A stretch of 55,752 nt of DNA from an uncultured Clostridia bacterium (GCA_947588635.1 CANPYN010000003.1:1-55752); one strand, 5' to 3'; counted from the first letter of the stretch, positions 10,271 to 21,135 are shown. The notes: generated by a model not told the origin, from the letters alone. Program-made: numbers and translations.

Positions 10271-10741
10271 TTAAATTACGCAAAATTCTACATGCGTTAT
10301 TAATCCACTATCATCATATGTTATACTGTTACTGTCAAATTTAAAATGTTTAATATTTCCACTACTACCTTCTGTAGAATTATCCTGTATTACTTTTATA
10401 AAATCTAATGTTCCATCATCATCATTCAAATCTATATTTATCTTTGATGATCCATTATAATTAATTTTGTCTACTTGAATACTAACATCCACTCCGGTTT
10501 GCTTATAATATTGTGGAGCATAATTTACAAGTGATATTATTTCCTGAATAGTAATATCTTCTCTTCCTTGAAATTTCAAAAAATTTTCATTATATTTTTG
10601 TATTTCTGTTGTTGCAACTGTTTGCTGATAAGAAATTACATTTCCCCTATAAGAAGCAAATACATATACCATTATTGCTAGTACTAATAATGATATTAAA
10701 ATTCCACCTGCAATAAGCAAGGCTTTTGATGCATTTTCCAT
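10271..10741 (-). CDS. Pilin-like protein (MENASKAL family, minor)
   Basis: MENASKALLIAGG followed by a hydrophobic helix. Confidence 0.65.
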   Translation of the reverse strand: MENASKALLIAGGILISLLVLAIMVYVFASYRGNVISYQQTVATTEIQKYNENFLKFQGREDITIQEIISLVNYAPQYYKQTGVDVSIQVDKINYNGSSKINIDLNDDDGTLDFIKVIQDNSTEGSSGNIKHFKFDSNSITYDDSGLITHVEFCVI

Positions 10742-10753
10742 AGATTTTCTCCT

Positions 10754-11425
10754 TTAGTTTGTATCTATTTGTTCAAAACTGATTTCATCAATTCTACCTG
10801 TTTCTTGATTATAATGTACTTCTGAGCATTCAAAAATTGATGATTTAAAGTTTGTTAATGCAGAATAGATATAATATGTATATTGACCCTTAGTTTTTAT
10901 AGTATCTGAATCTGTTTGTGTAAAGAAACTTATTATACCAGAATTCATCTCTAAGACGTCACCCTTCCATTTTCCTAAATCATATGAGCTCCCAGCTTTA
11001 AGCTCTGATGTAGAAACTGTTACACTTGATAATTCACTCCTTATAGCGCCAATATCTAAATCTTTTTCATATCCTAACTGATTTGCTGATTTAGTATTAT
11101 CTATTCTTTTTCCTGTTGTTTCAAAACTTTGAATTACATGCATTTTTACATTTACATAGTATGGATCTTCGGCATTTGGTGCAACATTTTTATTATGATT
11201 TATTGCTTTGTTTACAACGCTTATTACATCAGTTCCATACATTCTTTGCTTGTTATAAGCTTCATATCCTTTATTAAATTCTACTATTTCCTGTGTAGCT
11301 GCTGTTCTATCCTGTGACTCTGCAAAATCTGACATACTTCCAAATACATATACCATTATTGCTAATATCATCATTGCAAGAAGTACTCCTCCTGCAATAA
11401 GTAGTGCTTTTGATGCATTTTCCAT
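10754..11425 (-). CDS. Pilin-like protein (MENASKAL family, minor)
   Basis: Start moved to MENASKALLIAGG at 11425, which has an AAGGAG RBS. Confidence 0.65.
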   Translation of the reverse strand: MENASKALLIAGGVLLAMMILAIMVYVFGSMSDFAESQDRTAATQEIVEFNKGYEAYNKQRMYGTDVISVVNKAINHNKNVAPNAEDPYYVNVKMHVIQSFETTGKRIDNTKSANQLGYEKDLDIGAIRSELSSVTVSTSELKAGSSYDLGKWKGDVLEMNSGIISFFTQTDSDTIKTKGQYTYYIYSALTNFKSSIFECSEVHYNQETGRIDEISFEQIDTN

Positions 11426-11480
11426 ATCTTTCTCCTTTGTTTTTATTTGCAAGGTTTGAGTAACAAACCTCTTTATTCGG

Positions 11481-11537
11481 ATGAGGGACAAGCCTCAGTA
11501 CACGGGCATTCCTCATAGATTGATGAATGTCCCTCAT
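11481..11537. repeat. GGGACA...ATTCCTCATAG...TGTCCC hairpin repeat, copy 1
   Basis: atgagggaca / tgtccctcat stem; related copies at 13643-13761 (two) and 40043-40094. Confidence 0.7.
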
Positions 11538-11541
11538 TTTA

Positions 11542-13617
11542 TTACATCATCGTAGACATTGTGCTAAATGCATTTGTCATACTTAATAAACCTATTAGTA
11601 CTAATGGTACTATTAAGTATCCCACAAATAGACTTACCATTGGAGTAAATCCAATAACTTTTCCTATCATACCTTTTCTTTTTATTAATCTTTCATTTGA
11701 TTCTTTTCTTTTTTCTTGATAATATTCTCTTTCATTATCTAGTTCATCAAATGCTTCATGAATTGGTATTTTTTCTACTGCTGATTGAAGTCCCTCTACT
11801 ATACGTATCATTTGCTCATTGTTTATATCATTTTTTAGTTCTTCTAAAGCCTCCCATGCACCAGCCTCATAGTTGTTTACACATCTTGTTATTGGCTCTC
11901 TAAATATATTAGAATATCTCTCTAACCATTCTAATATCATTTCAACACTTACTCTTTCAATTTTCATAAGCATCAATATAATAGTTTGAAATTGCATTAC
12001 TTCATTTTCTATTTCTAACTTTCTTAAGATTTTTTGGAATATTAGCAACCATTTAGGAGCGCAATATCCTCCAACGGCAAATACACATGCAAGTAGCCAT
12101 TCAAACCAACTTAAATATTCTTTATTTACAATTTTTAGCTTTCCTTCTATTCTTTGTGCAGCCTCATCAATTTCCTCATCTGTTGCGTCTTGATAATATT
12201 CAGAATATTTTACTTCTACTTTTATTTCATCTAGTGTTACTTTTTTATTTTTTAATTTATCTAAGAAATAATTATCTTGATCTGTAAGTAGCTTTGCCTC
12301 TTCTTCCTCCTTAGCAGTCATACTACCTAATATGTTATATTCTGATGTGGGATTTTCGTAAACATAATCAACTGCCACATTATGTATTTGGTTAAATATA
12401 AATAATGATATAATAAATACTGCTATACAAGCTGTGATTCTATTTACATAGAATGTCTCTAGTTTTTGTTTGCTTGCTGCATCTTTTAATAAATTTATAT
12501 CTTTATTATATTGTTTTGTTTTTTCTTTAGGCATAAATAAATCTATTATTTTTTTACCTATTTTGCTTTTATAAAGTTTTACCTGCCAACATTTTTCTGG
12601 ATCTTTATAATCATTGTTTCTTGAGGCATTATCCTTAAGTTTTCTTGTTAATAAATAACATATAAATGTTGCTATAATTAATAGTAATTGTACTACAAAT
12701 CCCATTTTGCCATTATAAAAACTAGTAGTAAAAGAGAAATTAGTTACAGCCCAGTTCTTTAAAGGTTGAATACATAGTACTGGTACTATTGCTATTACAG
12801 ATAAACTTTGAAATACATAATCTAATTTATCTCTTTTTAATATCTCTAATTGCATTTCTTCTGTAATGTTGTTTAAGTTTTTTAAATACAAAGATGCCCC
12901 ATTACTGTCTGTTCTATCTCCAAATTCTCTTGTTAAATATGATACTCCTGCAAATTCTTTCAAATAACTATTTGGTGCTACATCATAGTATTTTTCCAGT
13001 TCTATTTCAGGGTCGTCTGATGTTAATATTTCATATATTTTTTCTCCCTGTCTTGATACTTCTAGTTGGTCTTTTTGTGAAACATCATATATTGCTTCTT
13101 CAACCATATTGAATTCATGATATGCATGTCTAATTTCTGCAAAAAATCCCACTTGTTGTTTTAATAACTTTGTATCTAGTTTATCAACCATTCCTGCCAT
13201 TATTGTTTCAATTAAAAATACTTCAAATAGTAATAATATAGATAATAATAACATATCGTTATGTGTTAATAATATTATTAATATTGTAAGTGGTAAGATT
13301 ATTAGTATTGCATTTAATATTATTTTTGCAGTTTGTTTTCTTGTTAAATATTCGTCGTCTACGTTTATAATCTCTAGTTTTCTTCTGAGTTTAATTACAT
13401 ATCTATTTAAAAATGGTATTCTTATAAAATAAATATATAATTTTTGGTAAATAATGTCTGAAGTGAACTTTTTTTCTTGAGTTCCTTCCCTTAATTGCTT
13501 AATTCTCTTTACATCTGTTTTATTTAACATTTTTTGCATGATGAAATATGCTATTAGTATAATTACAAATAGCCCACCACTTATTCCCATTATATAAAAT
13601 AACATTTGGTTTGTCAT
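11542..13617 (-). CDS. Pilus platform protein, TadB/TadC-like fusion
   Basis: 691 aa, multiple TM segments in two halves, directly downstream of the secretion ATPase. Confidence 0.7.
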   Translation of the reverse strand: MTNQMLFYIMGISGGLFVIILIAYFIMQKMLNKTDVKRIKQLREGTQEKKFTSDIIYQKLYIYFIRIPFLNRYVIKLRRKLEIINVDDEYLTRKQTAKIILNAILIILPLTILIILLTHNDMLLLSILLLFEVFLIETIMAGMVDKLDTKLLKQQVGFFAEIRHAYHEFNMVEEAIYDVSQKDQLEVSRQGEKIYEILTSDDPEIELEKYYDVAPNSYLKEFAGVSYLTREFGDRTDSNGASLYLKNLNNITEEMQLEILKRDKLDYVFQSLSVIAIVPVLCIQPLKNWAVTNFSFTTSFYNGKMGFVVQLLLIIATFICYLLTRKLKDNASRNNDYKDPEKCWQVKLYKSKIGKKIIDLFMPKEKTKQYNKDINLLKDAASKQKLETFYVNRITACIAVFIISLFIFNQIHNVAVDYVYENPTSEYNILGSMTAKEEEEAKLLTDQDNYFLDKLKNKKVTLDEIKVEVKYSEYYQDATDEEIDEAAQRIEGKLKIVNKEYLSWFEWLLACVFAVGGYCAPKWLLIFQKILRKLEIENEVMQFQTIILMLMKIERVSVEMILEWLERYSNIFREPITRCVNNYEAGAWEALEELKNDINNEQMIRIVEGLQSAVEKIPIHEAFDELDNEREYYQEKRKESNERLIKRKGMIGKVIGFTPMVSLFVGYLIVPLVLIGLLSMTNAFSTMSTMM

Positions 13618-13642
13618 GGTTTTCTTTCACCTCTTCTTATTG

Positions 13643-13761
13643 TGTTTGAGGGACACCCCTCGGTCACTGGTATTCCTCATAGCTCGAGGAATGTCTTTCA
13701 CAATGTTTGAGGGACACCCCTCGGTCACTGGTATTCCTCATAGTTCGAGGAATGTCCCTCA
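13643..13761. repeat. Two tandem copies (61-bp period) of the GGGACA...TGTCCC repeat
   Basis: tgtttgagggacacccctcggtcactggtattcctcatag starts at 13643 and 13704. Confidence 0.85.
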
Positions 13762-15718
13762 TTTTTTAGAGGGTCTTCCTCTTCTTTTTGTTTGAGTATT
13801 AGTTCCAACTGTTGCTGATACAGGTATTGCTTTTTGCGAAACTCCCCAATTTCTTTCTACGAATTTATCAAATTCTTCTATATCTGATTCATCCATATTG
13901 TTACGCATTTCTTTTAAGTTGTAATCTGATATTTTATTTGTTATAACATATTCATTATTTCTATATTCCAAAATATTTACATATTTATATAGTTCTTTAT
14001 TTGTAACTTTAGAAAAGTAATTTGTTGCGTTATCAATAAACTTATCCATTTTTCCTTCTAATGTCTTTTCTTTTCTGTGGTCATAAGTATATTCATTTTT
14101 GTCTTCTACTGGTATACATTCTGTTATTCTTTCTATATAACGTCTTCCTCTAAAGTCTTTTACCAAATGTATATCAAAGTTTAAAACTTGAACAACTTGT
14201 TCTTCAGCCGTTTTCTCATCTGTAAATACTCCTGATCTAAGCATTGAGTTACGAAGTGCTGTAACTAAGTCTGGAAATGTTTTTGCGTGGTGTGTAAATA
14301 ATGTGAATTTACTAGCTACCTGTGCAGATTGAATCATCCAAGAAGCAACAGGGTCTGTTGCAACCTCACCAATAATATTAACACTACCATCTGTCTTCTT
14401 TTGAACGTCCAAACAATCTTGTCCAGAAATTGTTTCTGTTTCACGCATTGACAAAATGTTTCTTGTTGGATAAATTTTTCTTAAGTGTAACTCAAATGCT
14501 GTTTCTGTAATACGAAGGTTCATTGTTTCATATATATTTTCAATCATTGCCATAAGCATTGTTGTTTTTCCGGCAACCTTGCTCACCAGTAAGTGATATG
14601 ATTCTTGCACCTTTTACTAAGAATTTTAATAAGTCTATTGCATCTTCTTTTCCTGGTATTGTAACAATTTGTTCTAGTGTTGCTCTCTTTACATCGAATT
14701 TTCTTACGAAGAATGCCCATGTTTCAGACATTGATGGTCTTACAACAACAACACGTGAACCGTCCTTCATTTCATTAATTTTATATCCATTTGTATCTGA
14801 TAATTGTCCTGGATTATTGTATTTATAAATATTTTGACATACTCTTTTTAGTTCGCTCTCTTTTCCAAATGAAAGAAATGCTAAACGAATTGATTTACCT
14901 TGGAACATTATCCAAATACTGTCACATGCTCTTGGAACTTTATGTTCTGTAATTTGATTTAAATAGTCGCCATCTGTTTGTGCAACTTGGCTTAAAAAGC
15001 TTTCTGGAAGACCAGATACACCTCCAGATACACCATCTATGTTCATATCTCTTATTTCATCAATACTGCTATATCCTTTATAATGTTGATATATTCTTTG
15101 TACTAATACATTTAACTTATCTTGAAAACTTAAAACTAGATTTTCTTTTTCGAATATTTCATCTATTTCTTCTTTTGTTATTACATAGCATGGTTTAGCT
15201 TCTCCTGCTACATATTTTAATGTAGCTAAATTATATTTTTTTATAATTTGGGTTAATGCTTCATATCCAAAGTCTTTTTTATACATATATAATAAAATTT
15301 CGAATTTATCTTGAGATGTAAGAAGTGATGGAATATCAAATGGTATTGACTTTGATATGTTAACTTCTGTAACACCATATTCCTTAAGTAATAAATCGTA
15401 TATTAATTCTTTAACATATTTTTTATCGTTTACATCACCATATGTACAACCTTTTAGGGCCTTTTTTAATTCATATTTTTTTGCCTTTCTTCTTTTTAAT
15501 TCTTCCTCTGAAAGCCCAATGTCATATAGGTTTATTTTAGTAATTTCATCTAATCTTTTCTTTATGAATTCAGTCATTTTTTCGATAGTATATGTTTTAT
15601 CATCTACATCTAAAGTTTCTTCTGGAGTCGATTTTTTATTTTTTTGTATAAAATATCTAAGTAATACTCCTGCTAATATTAATACAACAAATGTTAATAT
15701 AATATTTGTAACATTCAT
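13759..15718 (-). CDS. Pilus assembly ATPase (CpaF/TadA/VirB11 family); one +1 shift at CGG inside Walker A
   Basis: TGC-CGGA at 14569-14572 restores GEQGC-G-KTT; also ETAFEL, IIGEV (Walker B) and FTHHA (His box). Confidence 0.88.
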
Positions 15719-15735
15719 CTTTAAGAACACCTCTC

Positions 15736-16569
15736 TTACATTCTCATTTGTAATTCCTGTAGTTTGTAAATTATTTTTTCTGCGGTATTTTTTACTTCTG
15801 CCATAAACATTCCATTATCATCTTTTGAATTTATTTTTCTAAACTTTATAAAAAAGTCATCTACTATTCCTTCTCCACATGCTTCGTAATATAATGTATT
15901 ATATGGTATAGCACAAACTTTTTCACGTTCTTTCATATATCTAGATACGTTTTTTATTGTATATTTTGAATTGCTATCATACATTATTAAAAGTGGTAAT
16001 GTTGCCTTGTCTTTTAAAGTTATATTACTTTGTTTTTCTTTTAAATAATCATTAATTTGTCTTAAATTTTGTAATAAACTAGGTATAACTAAATCTGATA
16101 CTTCTAGTAAAGAATTAATTATATTAACTTCTAAATTATTATCTATATCCACAAATACTAAATCATAATATTTACTAGCAATTTTAGCTATATCTTTAAA
16201 TACAGTTTTATTAATATCATAATCTGCTCTTGCAACATCTGTATCAGTTAGTATTTCTAATCTATTGTTACTAAAAACTATTCTTGTATAGTTTGTTATT
16301 ATTTCTGGTGAAGTTTTATTACTAAGTATTGCTTTTGTAAGTCCAGTAATTCCTGCTCCTACATTTGTTCTTGAATTATTTTTATGAATTAAACTTATTG
16401 TTTTATCTTCTTGCCAATAGCAATCGTGATATGAATAATCATTATATTTAGTGTCTAAAATAAGTATTTTATAATTATGCTGTATTGCAAGGAATGTAGC
16501 AATAGCTGCTATTGACTGTGTCTTGCCTCTTTGCTCATTTCCATTATTCCAAAATGATATTATTGCCAT
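15736..16569 (-). CDS. ParA/MinD/CpaE(TadZ)-like P-loop protein
   Basis: Degenerate Walker A (EQRGKT), KILILD and YDLVFVD motifs; pilus cluster context. Confidence 0.65.
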   Translation of the reverse strand: MAIISFWNNGNEQRGKTQSIAAIATFLAIQHNYKILILDTKYNDYSYHDCYWQEDKTISLIHKNNSRTNVGAGITGLTKAILSNKTSPEIITNYTRIVFSNNRLEILTDTDVARADYDINKTVFKDIAKIASKYYDLVFVDIDNNLEVNIINSLLEVSDLVIPSLLQNLRQINDYLKEKQSNITLKDKATLPLLIMYDSNSKYTIKNVSRYMKEREKVCAIPYNTLYYEACGEGIVDDFFIKFRKINSKDDNGMFMAEVKNTAEKIIYKLQELQMRM

Positions 16570-16580
16570 ATTATTTCTCC

Positions 16581-17264
16581 TTATATATTTCTCATTATTT
16601 TTCTTAGTTTTCCTGATTTTATATCTGGTGCTATGTCTTGAGTAAGCATATACAAAGAATCTCTGTATTGATCACTTAAATTTCTAAATCTAATTTTTGA
16701 TACTCTTTGATTTTCAATTATTGCAGTTAAGTCACCTTGGTCGTATGGGAAATACATTTTCTCATCTGCCCATTCAATGGGATAAGAAACTGATAAAAGA
16801 TTTAAATATTCATCATTTTCTTCTACAACATCCCTTTCAAATAGTATTTTTGTTACTTTTATTTTAGATTTAGTATCAATATTACTAATAATTTCAATTC
16901 CCTTTCTTAATGAAAAATTATCAAATGCAGTCGTAAAATATAATTTTTCTGCATATATCATATTAAATGAAGCAAACATATTTGCTGAATCAATATCTAT
17001 TAGTATAATATCATAATTTGCTTCTATATTTTCTAAATATTTGTTTATTGATTCAAGATTTTCAAACCCAACTGCTATATCAATTTTTTCGTACTCAGTA
17101 ACATAGAATTTAGTTGGAGCAATTGCTGGTACGATATATCTTGCTTTTTGTAGCACTGTTGTATCTATAACTAATACTCTTTTTCCAGCTTCTGTTAATA
17201 TTTTTGCAACATATAGTATTAAATCTGTTTTTTCAAATGCTCCAATAAACCCTATTTTTTTCAA
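16581..17264 (-). CDS. Degenerate ParA/MinD-like protein
   Basis: GFIGAFEKT, KRVLVID and YDIILID motifs. Confidence 0.6.
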   Translation of the reverse strand: MKKIGFIGAFEKTDLILYVAKILTEAGKRVLVIDTTVLQKARYIVPAIAPTKFYVTEYEKIDIAVGFENLESINKYLENIEANYDIILIDIDSANMFASFNMIYAEKLYFTTAFDNFSLRKGIEIISNIDTKSKIKVTKILFERDVVEENDEYLNLLSVSYPIEWADEKMYFPYDQGDLTAIIENQRVSKIRFRNLSDQYRDSLYMLTQDIAPDIKSGKLRKIMRNI

Positions 17265-17282
17265 TCTAATGTCCTCCTATTT

Positions 17283-18221
17283 TTATTCATTTCCACTATT
17301 CTCATAACTTGTTAATCCTGATAAATATGCTTCTCTTGCTGCTTTTGCATTTTCTATTTCTTCTTGTAATTTTGTTTCTAAATTTGTTTGTGAATTTGCT
17401 GAATATGCATTTTTATCTCCATCTATATAACCTCTCATATTTTTATCGAATCTTTCTCTTAATGCATTTCTTGCTTCACCTGCTATATTTCCATCAGCAG
17501 CTATTAAGTTTTGTACTGATTCTGTAGGAGTATATGTTTTTACTGCTGCATCTTGCATTCCTGGTTCTACATATTGTATAGCATATAGTTTTGATGATGT
17601 CATTATATATGCTTCTACAATAGCACTTTCCATCATTAAAATTTCTCCTTCTGAAAGTTCTAGGCCAATTGTATCACCTAGTAATGTTTTTACTTCTTTC
17701 TTAGATACAACTATTAAATCTTGTCCATTTGGAAGTGTTAGTCTTATGTCTATATAATCACCTACAGCTACTTTAGTTGGTAATACTAACATATTATATT
17801 CAGCATATCTTACATCATTTGTTAATTGTTCATCTGCATAAACAAAGCTATCTGCTAGAATAGTTCCTGCATTTAAGTCTAATTTACTTTTATATCCACT
17901 TGGAAATGCTGAATCATGCCATGTTTCTTTTCCATTTGAATCAACTATTTTTGTTTTAGCTGCAAATGCACCTGTTGGAACAGCTTTTTCTGTAACTAAA
18001 ACTGATTCAACTTTATCCAAAGTTATTTCTTCTCCAGATTTAACATTTGACTTTAATCTATAAGCATATGTAAGTGTTCCTTCTTCCTCTTCTTTTTCTT
18101 TTTCTTTATTTGACAATAAAAAGTATACTAATCCTCCTATAATTGCACATATTACAAGTGTAATTATCATTCCTAGTAAAAATGAATTTCTCGCTCTTTT
18201 TTGCATTGGATTTGCTACCAT
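17283..18221 (-). CDS. SAF-domain / CpaB(RcpC)-like pilus assembly protein
   Basis: N-terminal TM helix, VKSGEEIT SAF-like segment, VGDYIDIR motif; first gene of the Tad-like operon. Confidence 0.7.
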   Translation of the reverse strand: MVANPMQKRARNSFLLGMIITLVICAIIGGLVYFLLSNKEKEKEEEEGTLTYAYRLKSNVKSGEEITLDKVESVLVTEKAVPTGAFAAKTKIVDSNGKETWHDSAFPSGYKSKLDLNAGTILADSFVYADEQLTNDVRYAEYNMLVLPTKVAVGDYIDIRLTLPNGQDLIVVSKKEVKTLLGDTIGLELSEGEILMMESAIVEAYIMTSSKLYAIQYVEPGMQDAAVKTYTPTESVQNLIAADGNIAGEARNALRERFDKNMRGYIDGDKNAYSANSQTNLETKLQEEIENAKAAREAYLSGLTSYENSGNE

Positions 18222-18270
18222 ATTAAATTCCTCCTATAATAACAATGTGATTTAATTTTATTTTACAACA

Positions 18271-18302
18271 AAATCACCTTAAAAACAACATTTAAGGTGA
18301 TT
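18271..18302. terminator. Hairpin after the HAD hydrolase gene
   Basis: aatcaccttaaa / tttaaggtgatt. Confidence 0.55.
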
Positions 18303-18314
18303 GTAATCTAAATA

Positions 18315-18355
18315 TAATATTTCTGTAATATTTCTGTAATATTTCTGTAATATTT
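18315..18355. repeat. 11-bp tandem repeat TAATATTTCTG (3 full copies plus a partial one)
   Basis: Direct reading of the sequence. Confidence 0.85.
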
Positions 18356-19227
18356 TAATCTATAAATTTATCTATTGCCTCTGAAACTCCGCTTTCATCA
18401 TTTGTTGCAACAACTAAATCTGCTATTTCTTTCATTACTGGAGAACTATTTCCTGTAACAATTCCCACTCCAGCATTTTCTACCATTTCTTTATCATTTA
18501 TATTATCTCCTATTGCTATTACTTCATCTTTTGTAATGTTTAAAATTTTTATAAGTTCTTCTATTGCGGTCCATTTATTTACATTTTTGTTTGTAATCTC
18601 AGTATAAAAATATGAAATTTCAAAATCATCAGTCCCATGTTTTATAATTTTTCTAGACATATGTGCCACTTCTAATACATCAATATCTTTAATGGTTTTC
18701 AATTTGTTTATTATACTTTTAAAAATCATTTTGTCACTATCACAAATTGTAAATTTTAAAAAATCATCTCCCTTATAATTATTTATATAATCATACAAAT
18801 TATCTATAACATTTATTTTTATTTTTTTGCTTTCCGGATTTTTTTTATTTTCGTTATTATAAAATAAAATATTATAATTTATAGATTTTGTTAGTATTGC
18901 ATTATTTGTATATATATTATAAAACATACTGTTTTTTTCACATATATCTATAATTTCTAATACTTTCTTTTTAGTCATATAATTATTATAAATTGTTTCA
19001 TTCCTTTGAATATCATATATTGCTGCACCATTTCCTGATATTAAATATTTATTTGAATTTATTTCATATGCAATTGGTAAAATTGCTTTTGGCATTCTTC
19101 CAGAAGTAAGTACAACATCAACATTCTTTTCAATTGCCTTCTGTATTGACTGCTTATTTTTATCACTAACTTCTCCATATGAATTTAAAAGTGTTCCATC
19201 AATATCAATTGTTATTAATTTATACAT
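18355..19227 (-). CDS. Cof-type HAD-IIB hydrolase
   Basis: DIDGTLL, TSGR, K and GDNIND motifs. Confidence 0.92.
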   Translation of the reverse strand: MYKLITIDIDGTLLNSYGEVSDKNKQSIQKAIEKNVDVVLTSGRMPKAILPIAYEINSNKYLISGNGAAIYDIQRNETIYNNYMTKKKVLEIIDICEKNSMFYNIYTNNAILTKSINYNILFYNNENKKNPESKKIKINVIDNLYDYINNYKGDDFLKFTICDSDKMIFKSIINKLKTIKDIDVLEVAHMSRKIIKHGTDDFEISYFYTEITNKNVNKWTAIEELIKILNITKDEVIAIGDNINDKEMVENAGVGIVTGNSSPVMKEIADLVVATNDESGVSEAIDKFID

Positions 19228-19402
19228 TCAATTATGCCTCCATATTTTTTATTATTATATATCATTAAATTATTTTTTTACAACATAAAACAAAAAATTA
19301 ACAAAAATTTCTAGTTTAAATTTATTTTTACTGCACATCATAATTATTGAAAAGCAAATATGCTTTTAAATGATTTAATTCATATCCTAGGAGGTGAAAA
19401 TA

Positions 19403-19603
19403 ATGGCAACATCAAATTCAAACAGAAGATTAGTTCCAGAAGCTAAAGAAGCTCTAGATAAATTCAAATATGAAGTAGCTTCAGAAGTTGGAGTTAACTT
19501 AAAAAATGGTTACAATGGGGATATATCATCTAAAGACGCTGGTAAAATCGGTGGTAACATGGTTAAAAAAATGATACAACAAGCTGAAAGCCAAATGAAA
19601 TAA
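19403..19603 (+). CDS. Alpha/beta-type small acid-soluble spore protein
   Basis: KYEVASEVGV...GKIGGNMVKKMI signature, AGGAGGTG RBS. Confidence 0.93.
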   Translation: MATSNSNRRLVPEAKEALDKFKYEVASEVGVNLKNGYNGDISSKDAGKIGGNMVKKMIQQAESQMK

Positions 19604-19677
19604 ATTTACTAACTAATGTTATAATTTATGGCAGAAGTATTTTTCTTGGTTTTATTATGTTTTATTTAAACATACAT

Positions 19678-19705
19678 AAAGGCAGGAGATGTGCTCCTGC
19701 CTTTT
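19678..19705. terminator. Bidirectional intrinsic terminator
   Basis: aaaggcaggag-atgtg-ctcctgcctttt between convergent genes. Confidence 0.8.
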
Positions 19706-19710
19706 CTATT

Positions 19711-20241
19711 TTAAGCTTCTGGTTCTAATAATCCATAATTTTTACTATCTTTTAATTTAAATAATACATTTACTTTATTTGTTTCTTGATTTATAAATGT
19801 TATAAACTTATCTTGTGGTTTTTCTTGTAATTTTAATTTTGCATCTTCTGGTGTCATAGGTTTTATGTCATAATATATAGTTTTTATTATTTCATTTTCT
19901 ATTTTAACTTCTTCGCCAAAGCTACCTGTCATTGCCTTTATAGAATCATCTTTATTAGCTTTATCTTTTTTTGTTTTCCATTTTCTTATTTGTCCTTCTA
20001 AAATATCAATATCTTTGTCTATTGATGCATACATATCTTTATGTGCAGTTACAGCTCTATATGTATCTTGTTTTACCTTTACACTCATTTCTGCAATTTG
20101 TTCTGATCTCTCTGCTCTTATTGTAACAACTACATTAATGTCTCCATCAAAATATTTTTCTACTCTTTCCATTTTCTTTTCAACATATTCTTTTATAGCC
20201 TCTGTTGCTTTTACATCTTTACCTGTTATTGTTATATCCAT
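19711..20241 (-). CDS. hpf: Ribosome hibernation promoting factor (long HPF)
   Basis: TEAIKEYVEKK, DMYASID and C-terminal KPMTPEDA...YGLLEP motifs. Confidence 0.9.
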   Translation of the reverse strand: MDITITGKDVKATEAIKEYVEKKMERVEKYFDGDINVVVTIRAERSEQIAEMSVKVKQDTYRAVTAHKDMYASIDKDIDILEGQIRKWKTKKDKANKDDSIKAMTGSFGEEVKIENEIIKTIYYDIKPMTPEDAKLKLQEKPQDKFITFINQETNKVNVLFKLKDSKNYGLLEPEA

Positions 20242-20373
20242 AAACGATCTCTCCTCTCATTTCTATTTTGATTATATATGAATTAAATGAAATACGCAAG
20301 ACTTATTTTAATAAATTGTTGTTTGTACGGGCGGAATCCATTTCCGCACGTACAGGATAAATAATAAATTAAA

Positions 20374-20409
20374 TGCAAACGTTGTAGGGGTCGCCGACTT
20401 CGGAGGCCC
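20374..20409 (+). repeat. GTAG-type REP-like palindrome
   Basis: tgcaaacgttgtaggggtcgccg matches the reverse complement of 24410-24432. Confidence 0.7.
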
Positions 20410-20421
20410 AAAAACAGGCAA

Positions 20422-21135
20422 TTACAATTTGTATTCTTTTTCTAATTTCTCTTGCAAATAAATTTTAGATATTATTTCTAACTCTTTTATGGTTTCCTTT
20501 GGTACTTGAAATGAAAATATTTTTTTTGCATTTGAAAGAATTATATATCTAATTGCATCTTTTGTTGTTGCTGAAATTTCCATTGCTCCTTTATCTTGTT
20601 TGCCACATGCCGTACATTTAAATCCACTATCTCTAAAACTAAAATACTTTAAATCATCCTTTGTTTTGCAGTCTTTACATTCGTCTATCATTGGTCTGAA
20701 TCCAATTATAGATAAAAGTCTTAGTATAAAAACAGAATTTATTAGGCTTAAATCTTTGTCAGTTTCGGATATCATGTATAATGTATTTAAAAAAAGTTGC
20801 ATTACTTTATATGTACTTTGATTTTCTGTTGTTACATCATTTACTATCTTTGTTATATATGATGAATATTTTAATTTATCTAAATCTGTTCTTATGTTAT
20901 AAAATACTTCTATTGTTTCGCAAGAATTTATAGAATAAGTATTTCCACTTTTATATAGTAAATATTCTCCAAAACACAAAAATTGAGTAGCAGCCATAAG
21001 AAGACTTTTAGGTCTTCTTGAACCTTTAGCCGCTGCCTCAATCTTTCCATTTGGTGTTAATATTGTTACAATTTTATCAAAATCTGCTACTGTCTTCTCC
21101 GCAATTATTAATCCCTTCGTTTTTAATAGTTTCAT
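20422..21135 (-). CDS. recO: DNA repair protein RecO
   Basis: AKGSRRPKS motif, CxxC...CxxC zinc finger, era-yqzL-recO synteny. Confidence 0.93.
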   Translation of the reverse strand: MKLLKTKGLIIAEKTVADFDKIVTILTPNGKIEAAAKGSRRPKSLLMAATQFLCFGEYLLYKSGNTYSINSCETIEVFYNIRTDLDKLKYSSYITKIVNDVTTENQSTYKVMQLFLNTLYMISETDKDLSLINSVFILRLLSIIGFRPMIDECKDCKTKDDLKYFSFRDSGFKCTACGKQDKGAMEISATTKDAIRYIILSNAKKIFSFQVPKETIKELEIISKIYLQEKLEKEYKL

